Below, in pieces: positions 23,529-33,243 of a stretch of 33,243 nucleotides of DNA. Position 1 is the first letter of the stretch; every line of letters starts with the position of its first letter. The notes under the pieces were generated by a model that saw only the letters and a list, made by a program, of their open reading frames with translations, was not told where the DNA came from and made no database searches. Origin of the DNA: Octopus bimaculoides (Eukaryota); NCBI RefSeq assembly GCF_001194135.2, contig NC_069001.1, forward strand, positions 10,616,259-10,649,501, written 5' to 3'. The position numbers and the translations under genes are program-made.

Positions 23529-24217
23529 NNNNNNNNNNNNNNNNNNNNNNNNNNNNNNNNNNNNNNNNNNNNNNNNNNNNNNNNNNNNNNNNNNNNNNNN
23601 NNNNNNNNNNNNNNNNNNNNNNNNNNNNNNNNNNNNNNNNNNNNNNNNNNNNNNNNNNNNNNNNNNNNNNNNNNNNNNNNNNNNNNNNNNNNNNNNNNNN
23701 NNNNNNNNNNNNNNNNNNNNNNNNNNNNNNNNNNNNNNNNNNNNNNNNNNNNNNNNNNNNNNNNNNNNNNNNNNNNNNNNNNNNNNNNNNNNNNNNNNNN
23801 NNNNNNNNNNNNNNNNNNNNNNNNNNNNNNNNNNNNNNNNNNNNNNNNNNNNNNNNNNNNNNNNNNNNNNNNNNNNNNNNNNNNNNNNNNNNNNNNNNNN
23901 NNNNNNNNNNNNNNNNNNNNNNNNNNNNNNNNNNNNNNNNNNNNNNNNNNNNNNNNNNNNNNNNNNNNNNNNNNNNNNNNNNNNNNNNNNNNNNNNNNNN
24001 NNNNNNNNNNNNNNNNNNNNNNNNNNNNNNNNNNNNNNNNNNNNNNNNNNNNNNNNNNNNNNNNNNNNNNNNNNNNNNNNNNNNNNNNNNNNNNNNNNNN
24101 NNNNNNNNNNNNNNNNNNNNNNNNNNNNNNNNNNNNNNNNNNNNNNNNNNNNNNNNNNNNNNNNNNNNNNNNNNNNNNNNNNNNNNNNNNNNNNNNNNNN
24201 NNNNNNNNNNNNNNNNN

Positions 24218-24389
24218 TAATATTGGGGTAAGGGATAAGTCGATTACATCGACCCCGATGCTCAACAGGTACTTATTTCATCGTCCCTAAAACGATAAAG
24301 GCCAAAGTCGACTTCGGTGGAATTTGAAATCAGGACGTAACGGCAGACGAAATACTGCTAAGCATTTCGCCCGGCGCGCTAACGTTTCT
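24218..24389 (-). mobile_element. family O SINE, older body, lacking its first ~14 nt
   Basis: GTCGATTACATCGACCCCG...CAAAGTCGACTTCGGTGGAATTTGAAATCAGG...GCTAAGCATTTCGCCCGGCGCGCTAACGTTTCT. Confidence 0.9.
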
Positions 24390-24620
24390 TATTTCTTTAT
24401 TGCCCACAAGGGGCTAAACATAGAGGGGACAAACAAGGACAGACAAAGGGATTAAGTCGATTATATCCACCCTACTGCGTAACTGGTACTTAATTTATCG
24501 ACCGCGAAAGGATGAAAGGCAAAGTCGACCTCGGCGGAATTTGAACTCAGAACGTAACGGCAGACGAAATACCGCTAAGCATTTCGCCCGGCGCGCTAAC
24601 GTTTCTGCCAGCTCACCGCC
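24390..24620 (-). mobile_element. family O SINE, full length, distinct 3' tail (young-looking subfamily)
   Basis: Minus strand GGCGGTGAGCTGGCAGAAACGTTAGC...GAGTTCAAATTCC...TTTGTCTGTCCTTGTTTGTCCCCTCTATGTTTAGCCCCTTGTGGGCAATAAAGAAATA. Confidence 0.95.
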
Positions 24621-27415
24621 TTTCATACTCAATATAACAAATTTATGTAGTACGATATGTGAAATGCAATTCCAGGACACCGTCTTCAACTTTTCTAACC
24701 ACAACGCATCTGACTGCACCCAAGTACCCTGTGTTTAAACAGTGAGTTTACTGCAAATGTATATATTTATTATTAAATGACATGCTGTTTATAAGAGCTA
24801 AATTAAATATATTTGGAGACACAAACTTGTGACTAAGCTTGAAAATAATAAAAGTTACTTGAAATACACAGACACATGCACACATACGTACTTACGTATA
24901 CAAACTTATATACACGCATGCATATATACATAGACATATACACGCACATGCAGAGATACATTCACATGCACATTCATACATATACATATTACGCATACAT
25001 TGCATATAATCATGTACACACATTTACGAAAATATGTAAGCATATGTGTGGCTTCTAGGTGTATATATATAATGTATATGTGTGGCTGTGTGTATGAGTG
25101 TATAAGCGTAAGTATATATATGTACGCAAATATATGAATATATATGTATATATATATGTATATATATATACATAAAAATATGTATATATATAGACCTATA
25201 TATATGTATATACATAAATATATACATATATACGTATAAGCATATATATCTATATATATATCAATATGCATGTACACATGCATATGAATAGGTATATATA
25301 TATATATATATATATATANNNNNNNNNNNNNNNNNNNNNNNNNNNNNNNNNNNNNNNNNNNNNNNNNNNNNNNNNNNNNNNNNNNNNNNNNNNNNNNNNN
25401 NNNNNNNNNNNNNNNNNNNNNNNNNNNNNNNNNNNNNNNNNNNNNNNNNNNNNNNNNNNNNNNNNNNNNNNNNNNNNNNNNNNNNNNNNNNNNNNNNNNN
25501 NNNNNNNNNNNNNNNNNNNNNNNNNNNNNNNNNNNNNNNNNNNNNNNNNNNNNNNNNNNNNNNNNNNNNNNNNNNNNNNNNNNNNNNNNNNNNNNNNNNN
25601 NNNNNNNNNNNNNNNNNNNNNNNNNNNNNNNNNNNNNNNNNNNNNNNNNNNNNNNNNNNNNNNNNNNNNNNNNNNNNNNNNNNNNNNNNNNNNNNNNNNN
25701 NNNNNNNNNNNNNNNNNNNNNNNNNNNNNNNNNNNNNNNNNNNNNNNNNNNNNNNNNNNNNNNNNNNNNNNNNNNNNNNNNNNNNNNNNNNNNNNNNNNN
25801 NNNNNNNNNNNNNNNNNNNNNNNNNNNNNNNNNNNNNNNNNNNNNNNNNNNNNNNNNNNNNNNNNNNNNNNNNNNNNNNNNNNNNNNNNNNNNNNNNNNN
25901 NNNNNNNNNNNNNNNNNNNNNNNNNNNNNNNNNNNNNNNNNNNNNNNNNNNNNNNNNNNNNNNNNNNNNNNNNNNNNNNNNNNNNNNNNNNNNNNNNNNN
26001 NNNNNNNNNNNNNNNNNNNNNNNNNNNNNNNNNNNNNNNNNNNNNTCATATTATTTAGCTTTCATTTTAAATTCACTTATGTACTTATTTTCATTTTTCT
26101 TCTCTGAAAACCTTTCAGTCGACCGAGAAAGAAGAAACACAGTTTTAACCTATACAAATATCTCCATCACCATCTTCGTTTTTATAGATGCCGTCCAAAT
26201 ACACCTACGTATAGATTAACTGCGCTGCTTGAAGAAGCTAATAAGAATTATCCGACAGTTACCGTGATTCTGCTTTCTATAAAGATCCGTGCTCTTTCTA
26301 AATTACTCGGTTTTTTCCCCGCCTTCTCCTTTGTCTTCATGCATAATACACGCCCCACACACATATTTATATGTTTATATGTATGTGTGTATGTCTGTAT
26401 ATAGTAAATGTGAGCAGTGTATAGAACGTGTAAGCATCTTCAAATCGGAGTCGATGATGTAACTGAAAACGAATTATGAAACAGCTGTAAACATACGGAA
26501 TTACATCTTATTTGTCTGTCACTTCTCCTGGATTCCGATAATCATAATCACCCATATGAGTGTGTATGCGCGTGCATGTGTGTGTCTGTGTGTCTGTGCA
26601 TGTATACACACACACACATGTATGTATACACACATCTACACACACACACATACACACACACAAACTAGAAGGCTTTGGAGCGTATCTCGAGCAATTGCCC
26701 TATTCGTGTTTTTCTCCTCTATTCATTAATCAAATATATTTTTCTAAATTTCAGTCCAATAATAAAAGTTCCAAAATTCGTGGATTAAGTTGACTGAAAT
26801 GATATTTTCCACAAGCTTCTCCAAAAACATCAGACTTCTAAAAGAACCAAAACATGCTATATTGCCTCTTTCCTCTCAAGCAGCCAGCACACTTTGTAGT
26901 ATTNNNNNNNNNNNNNNNNNNNNNNNNNNNNNNNNNNNNNNNNNNNNNNNNNNNNNNNNNNNNNNNNNNNNNNNNNNNNNNNNNNNNNNNNNNNNNNNNN
27001 NNNNNNNNNNNNNNNNNNNNNNNNNNNNNNNNNNNNNNNNNNNNNNNNNNNNNNNNNNNNNNNNNNNNNNNNNNNNNNNNNNNNNNNNNNNNNNNNNNNN
27101 NNNNNNNNNNNNNNNNNNNNNNNNNNNNNNNNNNNNNNNNNNNNNNNNNNNNNNNNNNNNNNNNNNNNNNNNNNNNNNNNNNNNNNNNNNNNNNNNNNNN
27201 NNNNNNNNNNNNNNNNNNNNNNNNNNNNNNNNNNNNNNNNNNNNNNNNNNNNNNNNNNNNNNNNNNNNNNNNNNNNNNNNNNNNNNNNNNNNNNNNNNNN
27301 NNNNNNNNNNNNNNNNNNNNNNNNNNNTTTCCGTATTCCCGAGCGTCATACTAATACATCCTTTTGTTGTTTACACCACCTGTCCTCGTCTGTTGTTGTT
27401 TTTTCGTACATTCTC

Positions 27416-27457
<42 letters not shown>

Positions 27458-28063
27458 TACACACAAACATACTAAAAGAAGGCATACCATAACGTAATAT
27501 AGTTACATACCGATTTCTTTCGGTTTCTGTTCTGTCTATATCTCAGTCAGTTTCTCTGTTGTTCTTTAAGTACTCACGCTTGAGGATGCCTGTCTGTGTG
27601 TCTGTCTGCATGCATTATGTACGTACATACATACATGCATGTAGGTAGGTAAGGAGGTAGGTCGTCAGCATTCCCCCTGGAGTCGAAGATGATTGTGAAC
27701 TAACTTAAGTAGATCAGTATACAACTAACTGTGGTATAGGCTAATGCATGATCTACCAGTCACTGTCTAGCGAACAAATGAATCTATGTATACGATGGAT
27801 AGATGTATTCTGAGACGTTAACATGGTAATTTCTGCCTTCATATATGATGTGAGTGTATGCAAGCCTCTGCGATGGTACATGCCATCCAGGAATGTGTAC
27901 TTGTATGTGTGTATGTACGGATGTATGTGCGTATGTATATGTGCATGTATGTATATGTATGCATGCGTGTATGTATGCATGTGTGTGTGTATGTGTTTGT
28001 ATTTTGGAATGTATGAATGCATGCAAAAACAGTATATGTTTGCAGACATGTGCATTATCTGCA

Positions 28064-28114
<51 letters not shown>

Positions 28115-29510
28115 NNNNNNNNNNNNNNNNNNNNNNNNNNNNNNNNNNNNNNNNNNNNNNNNNNNNNNNNNNNNNNNNNNNNNNNNNNNNNNNNNNNNNN
28201 NNNNNNNNNNNNNNNNNNNNNNNNNNNNNNNNNNNNNNNNNNNNNNNNNNNNNNNNNNNNNNNNNNNNNNNNNNNNNNNNNNNNNNNNNNNNNNNNNNNN
28301 NNNNNNNNNNNNNNNNNNNNNNNNNNNNNNNNNNNNNNNNNNNNNNNNNNNNNNNNNNNNNNNNNNNNNNNNNNNNNNNNNNNNNNNNNNNNNNNNNNNN
28401 NNNNNNNNNNNNNNNNNNNNNNNNNNNNNNNNNNNNNNNNNNNNNNNNNNNNNNNNNNNNNNNNNNNNNNNNNNNNNNNNNNNNNNNNNNNNNNNNNNNN
28501 NNNNNNNNNNNNNNNNNNNNNNNNNNNNNNNNNNNNNNNNNNNNNNNNNNNNNNNNNNNNNNNNNNNNNNNNNNNNNNNNNNNNNNNNNNNNNNNNNNNN
28601 NNNNNNNNNNNNNNNNNNNNNNNNNNNNNNNNNNNNNNNNNNNNNNNNNNNNNNNNNNNNNNNNNNNNNNNNNNNNNNNNNNNNNNNNNNNNNNNNNNNN
28701 NNNNNNNNNNNNNNNNNNNNNNNNNNNNNNNNNNNNNNNNNNNNNNNNNNNNNNNNNNNNNNNNNNNNNNNNNNNNNNNNNNNNNNNNNNNNNNNNNNNN
28801 NNNNNNNNNNNNNNNNNNNNNNNNNNNNNNNNNNNNNNNNTTATTCTGTATTTCATTCTTCCCAATTTCAATAAACCTTTCTGCTGTGTCTTTTCTATTT
28901 CTTTACATATTTTCTTCAGATATTCATTTACTTCTCTGTTGAATTATCCTTAATTATATGATTCTATTTTTAAAAAAACTTCTTTTATTTATCATCGCCT
29001 TCGTTGCCCTTTGTGCTTCATTTTCCTTTTATTTTTTCGTATTTCATTTTTTTTTTCTTTTTCATTTCATTAAAATATTCTCCAAATTTAATTTTGCTCT
29101 CTTCAATTTTCTGCCTCCAATCTCCATTCTCTTGCCATTTCTCGTCTTCTACAACCAAACGTGTATGTAGTCAATAAATCTATTTGACCTAAGTTAACAT
29201 CAGATACACCAAAAAAAAAAGCAAAAAAGAAGAATATTGATTATTTTTTTATTAAACACGAAACCAATTTTGACTAGGCACAAAGCCAAATTACAGTTAA
29301 TGCGTTACACACTATTAATTTGACTCAGCCTGAGTATATTACTGCTACGTACATGATCCACTCCCTTCATTCCATGGTGAGCGTAAGTCATCCAAGCTTC
29401 AAAATGTTTTCATTTGGTAAACGGAAAGCAATTGGAAACGTGAATGACTTCCATATACAATGGATTATTTGGATTAGGTAAGGATTAATTTAAGAACGAC
29501 ATTAAAATCT

Positions 29511-29684
29511 TTTTCTTCTATAGGCACAAGGCCTGGAATTTTACGAGAGAGATAAATCGATCACATCGAACACCAGTACTTGATTGGTACTTTATCGACC
29601 CCGAAAGGCAGAATTTTGAACTCATTACGGTAAAGACGGATGAAATGCCGCTAAGCATTTTGTCCGGCGTGCTAATGACTCCGC
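29511..29684 (-). mobile_element. family O SINE with internal deletion
   Basis: TAGGCACAAGGCC tail, GTACTTTATCGACCCCGAAAGG fused directly to AATTTTGAACTC, GCTAAGCATTTTGTCCGGCGTGCTAA. Confidence 0.85.
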
Positions 29685-29965
29685 AAAAAAACGAAGATCT
29701 TCGGTCTGCCTGCAGGTGTGTTTGCAATAGAAATAGGATGGTTTTAGGAATTTATCCGTGTCATATTTGTCTTCAGACACAATGCACTTTCATTCTTTGT
29801 TCTACAGAAAGCCTATATATTGTCTGAATCTCTGAGATGAGCGACAATTCTCATTATTCATAAACGTACTTATTGGGACTAGTTCCATAATCCTGGTTGT
29901 TATAGTCACAACGTTTCCACTTGTGGGCATTCTGGTCTTATTCAAATACCTATCGTATTTTAACA

Positions 29966-30270
29966 TTTTATTTATTTATGTGCCCTTTTAAAGCCTAGCC
30001 AGGCTCATGGGTCCGGTTTCCCGGTTTCTATGGCGTATGTGTTCCCCCCTCCCAGATGGACGGGACGCCAGTCGATCGCAGCGTTTTCAAGAAACAGGAA
30101 GAAAGAGTGAGAGAAAGTTGGGGCGAAAGAGTACAACAAGGGTGGCCAACACCCACTGCCGAAGCATCGTGTAGCTTTAGGTGTTTTCGCTTAATAAACA
30201 CACACAACACCCGGTCTGGGAATCGAAACCACAATCCTCCGACGGCGAGTCCGCTGCCTTAACCACTGGT
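29966..30270 (-). mobile_element. family V SINE, copy B, (TAAA)n tail
   Basis: Minus strand ACCAGTGGTTAAGG (A-box), GGTTTCGATTCCC (B-box, 30218-30230), CTGCGATCGACTGGCGTCCCGTCCA (V-like), body homologous to 18240-18480. Confidence 0.85.
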
Positions 30271-31116
30271 CTATACTAGACAGACAGACAGACAGATGGA
30301 CGGACGGTCAGATAGATAGATATATAAATTAAAAGGGTAACTTCGGTATATGGTGAAGCAAATATTTTGCTGATCCCTTAATTATATTTATATATATATA
30401 TATNNNNNNNNNNNNNNNNNNNNNNNNNNNNNNNNNNNAGATAGATAGATATGGAGAGAGACAAGGGAAAGGGAAAGAAAAGAACTAATGTGTATAAAAG
30501 GATTTATGTGTTTAAGAACTAAGACCAGTTTACTTATTTACTAACTCACCGAAGAGTCTGAACACAATCGATCAAAACTCGAGTCCATGACTATGAGATA
30601 AAATAAGATTCGTATTTTTATTTTAGTATGTGACTCAGTTGTTGGTTTCCGAATGTATTTAGTATATATATATATAAAAAAATTCTTTGTGTTAAGCTCC
30701 ATTTACATTTATTTATCACATTAATTCTTTTGTTTTCGGTAGCACAGAAAACAATATCGATATATCGGACTAGAAGACTAGAAGACTAGAAGACCTTGTG
30801 TGATATTTATATATTTTCCATTTTACTTTCCATTTTATAACCGAGCCTTTTACTTGCTTCAAGAAACGTATCTAACAAAGGAAGGAAGAACGCAACGTTT
30901 TAGCGGCTTCCCGTGTCATGAATGCGCATACGGAACCGAGAAAATTTTGGCCATTTTCTCCATTATCAAACGTGGTGTCTTTTTCGACAAGAAGCTATAA
31001 ATTTTACTCACAGAGCAGTTTATTTCTTGACCATTATACACACCATTATTTCTTGACCATTATACACACACACACACACACACACACGTGCGTGTGTGCT
31101 AGTGTGTGTGTGTGTG

Positions 31117-31343
31117 TGAGGGTGCTGAAAGTTCCTGATTTTGGGTAAATGAAAACAGAAGAATCAGTTAATTACGATTTTCTTCAAGATATTCCCTTCC
31201 CAGATTCCCCTCCCAGATTCCCCTCCCAGATTCCACCCCAACGCCAGATTCCCTTCTCAGATTCACACACTTATTGCAGTTTCAGTTTTTATAAGCCCTA
31301 TAAACGAGCTTGGAAGGTTGGGCGTCCAACCAAGCCTTTCGCG
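31117..31343. mobile_element. mariner-type MITE copy 2, one TIR missing, with internal 13-bp tandem expansion
   Basis: TGAGGGTGCTGAAAGTTCCTG TIR; TCAGTTAATTACGATTTT and CAGATTCACACACTTATTGCAG shared with copies 1 and 3. Confidence 0.8.
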
Positions 31344-31534
31344 GTCCGGAGGTTAATGGGTATTTGCAAGATGGAAAATATTTTGCCTTTCGTGCAACTA
31401 ACATTTATTGAATATGATAGATTAAACCAGGTGGTCTTATTGCCTTTCCTGATTGTCTGCTTCTATTCATCCATCCATCTTCTCCACCTACTGTTTCTGG
31501 AAGGGTTGTTAGGAGCAGAGTTCTCATGTACTTC

Positions 31535-31720
31535 AAGTAACCCCTCCATAAGGTCCTAACAAACGCAATCAATGGTATATTTCCCAGCTGGATACCCAAG
31601 CGCGACTAACAGAAACTGTGCGTATTATCCGACCAACTTGTTTGTGGTCTACCTCTACGTTTCCTGTTGGTTGACTTGGCTTGGAGAATCGACTTAGCCG
31701 ATTGCATGACTTGACCGATA
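31535..31720 (-). pseudogene. RTE-clade LINE ORF C-terminal remnant
   Basis: Minus frame GQVMQSAKSILQAKSTNRKRRGRPQTSWSDN then ..RTLWRG, matching the RTE-type C-terminal pattern GHV.R..AK.ILQG...GKR.RGRP..SW.DN ... DR..WR. Confidence 0.65.
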
Positions 31721-32269
31721 GCAGGACTTAATATTATATAAATATACGACATTGGAAATATATGCGTTGTACGATGAATATGATAAACATTGAACCCATG
31801 AAATAAAATATAGGGCTGAAAGACACCTAAGATCAAAATAATTTGCAGCGCAATTCAAATTGTGTTACTTCGCATCTAGTAGTTATTTTAATCGTCTGCA
31901 CTCTACTACCGTGCTGATACTAATAGCAAGGTACAAGATTTGCCAACAGATAAACACAGACTTTACACTATTTCGACCTGGCTTAATCTCTGATTCTGAA
32001 AGTGTATCACTAGAAATGACAAAAATTAAAGCCGGATTATATCATGATATTGCAAGAGTAGAATTGTTGTACAGAAAAAATCAATGACTTTATACGTACA
32101 GCATCTCACTACGAACTCTAATATAAGTAACAATTTGGATATAGATCGAATGAATCAGAGAGAAGTCACTGGCATAAATTCGATTCGTAGACGAATTATG
32201 AGGTTGCTCTGTACAAGGAAAGTGCAGCCTCTAAGAGAGAGAAGATATATCACTTACAGGAAGCTTGGC

Positions 32270-32500
32270 TTAGCTCTTAGCTCTTGCTTGATGGGGGCTG
32301 GGGACGTTCCAGTTTAGTGATCCCAGAGGCGTCATCATGCGTAGAGCTGACCAGGTTTGCCAAACTCTCCGTCGTCGGTGGTCCCTTGGGAGCATCTCTA
32401 CTTCCTACATGGAGACCTCGAACTTCTGGAGATCTTCTCCAGTCATGTCTAGCCATCTGGTGCAAGGTCTCCCACGAGGCCTCTTTCAACCCATAACTTA
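32270..32500. mobile_element. GC-rich retroelement-like fragment, possibly RTE; orientation uncertain
   Basis: Abrupt GC-rich island; minus frame LKEASWETLHQMARHDWRRS..VRGLH loosely resembles RTE C-termini. Confidence 0.35.
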
Positions 32501-32588
32501 CAGGAGGTGTAAAAACAAATAATATATAAGAAGTATACTAGTGAAGTATCATTCAATTTCGAGTCTTATCTCAGCTTCTTTGGATAAT

Positions 32589-32616
32589 CCCGCCCTTCGG
32601 CCAATAGATGACGTGT
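32589..32616. promoter_or_regulatory. GC-box / CCAAT / TGACGT cluster
   Basis: CCCGCCC (32589-32595), CCAAT (32601-32605), TGACGTGT (32609-32616) within 28 bp; motif match only. Confidence 0.2.
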
Positions 32617-32701
32617 AGTGAGGTGTGCTAGATCAGAACAATTATCGCAATGGTCCTTCAGAGGCGACAAAAGTACCTTCTTGTTATGATCCATGATGAT
32701 A

Positions 32702-32904
32702 TGAGAGTGTGTTGAAAAGTCCCTAGTTTTGGGTAAAAGAACTGACAGGAAGATTAGTTAATTATGATTTTATTCAACATATTCCCCTCTCAGATTCACA
32801 CACTTATTCCAGCGGTCCTTCAGTTTTTCTAAGCACTGTAACAAATTTCAGAACGTTGGACCTTTCGCGATACCCTTAGAGCCAGGAACTTTTCCACACT
32901 CCTC
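32702..32904. mobile_element. mariner-type MITE copy 3 (about 203 bp), inverted relative to copy 1
   Basis: TA|TGAGAGTGTGTTGAAAAGTCCCTAG ... GCCAGGAACTTTCCACACTCCTCG|TA. Confidence 0.85.
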
Positions 32905-33112
32905 GTATGTTTGTGGAAATTTGATATTTTTGGCGAAGTTATCATATTTAGTGGATATGAGGCACCCACCATCACGGAACATACCCTCTTACAAAAAAAA
33001 ATATTGAAAAATTGTCTCGAAAGGTGACTCTGGTTGTTACTCTTAAGTTTGATTTATCCGATATCCTGCTTAACGGGTCCGGCTCAAAGAGGGTTCGGTG
33101 TATGTGTGTGCG

Positions 33113-33243
33113 GCGAGAGAGAGAAAGAGAGATAGTTCGAGAGAGAGAAGGTGCGAGACAGAGAGAGAGAAGGTGCGAGAGAGAGAGAAGGTGCGAGAGA
33201 GAGAAGGTGTGAAAGAGAGAGAGAAGGTGTGAAAGAGAGAGAG
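33113..33243. repeat. (GA)n-based minisatellite, unit (GA)nAGGTG(C/T), about 5 copies
   Basis: Directly visible; runs off the window edge. Confidence 0.9.

Noticed and set aside
352-28953. All long ORFs (200-376 aa) in the track
   Set aside because: They are open only because they span N gaps and dinucleotide repeats (IYIY, HTHT, CVCV, ERER); no coding evidence.
29836-29991. Hydrophobic 51-codon frame (LFINVLIGTSSIILVVIVTTFPLVGILVLF) resembling a transmembrane segment
   Set aside because: T-rich sequence yields hydrophobic codons, the 3' end runs into a SINE tail, and there is no good splice context.
2044-30270. A-box/B-box motifs as tRNA genes
   Set aside because: Each continues into a SINE body and I see no complete cloverleaf or acceptor stem.
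580-30438. N-runs (580-1076, 2236-2848, 3797-4162, 7934-8573, 11920-12634, 13122-13667 and ten more)
   Set aside because: Assembly gaps, many at microsatellites; no biological content can be inferred.
30769-31070. Short tandem duplications (GACTAGAA x3 at 30769; TATTTCTTGACCATTATACACAC x2 at 31021)
   Set aside because: Ordinary slippage products.
31860-32317. Two abutting + ORFs with ATGA overlap resembling a translationally coupled operon
   Set aside because: Eukaryotic repeat-rich context, no homology recognised, second ORF runs into a retroelement-like island.

Overview
Eukaryotic, AT-rich, non-coding-looking window from a gapped short-read scaffold. There are 16 N-runs, many abutting (TA)n/(CA)n/(CT)n microsatellites. 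The microsatellite load and SINE families resemble what I recall of octopus (cephalopod) genomes; this is an inference, not a database result. No complete protein-coding gene, rRNA, true tRNA gene or CRISPR array can be supported. The readable DNA is microsatellites, about 14 tRNA-derived SINE copies of three body types, decayed mariner transposase pieces, three copies of a ~210-bp TA-flanked mariner-type MITE, RTE-type LINE remnants and short unique islands that may hide small exons. The most unusual structures are: (1) a 1.77-kb foldback mariner made of two inverted 5' ends with an 840-bp internal tandem duplication (21641-23414); (2) an ~800-bp non-coding element with ~120-bp inverted arms (8729-9525); (3) a SINE dimer with a near-identical 55-nt duplicated head segment (24218-24620); (4) SINE tail swapping plus a 14-nt micro-inversion between RTE-like tails. 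I see no convincing new enzymatic system; the novelty here is transposon architecture.
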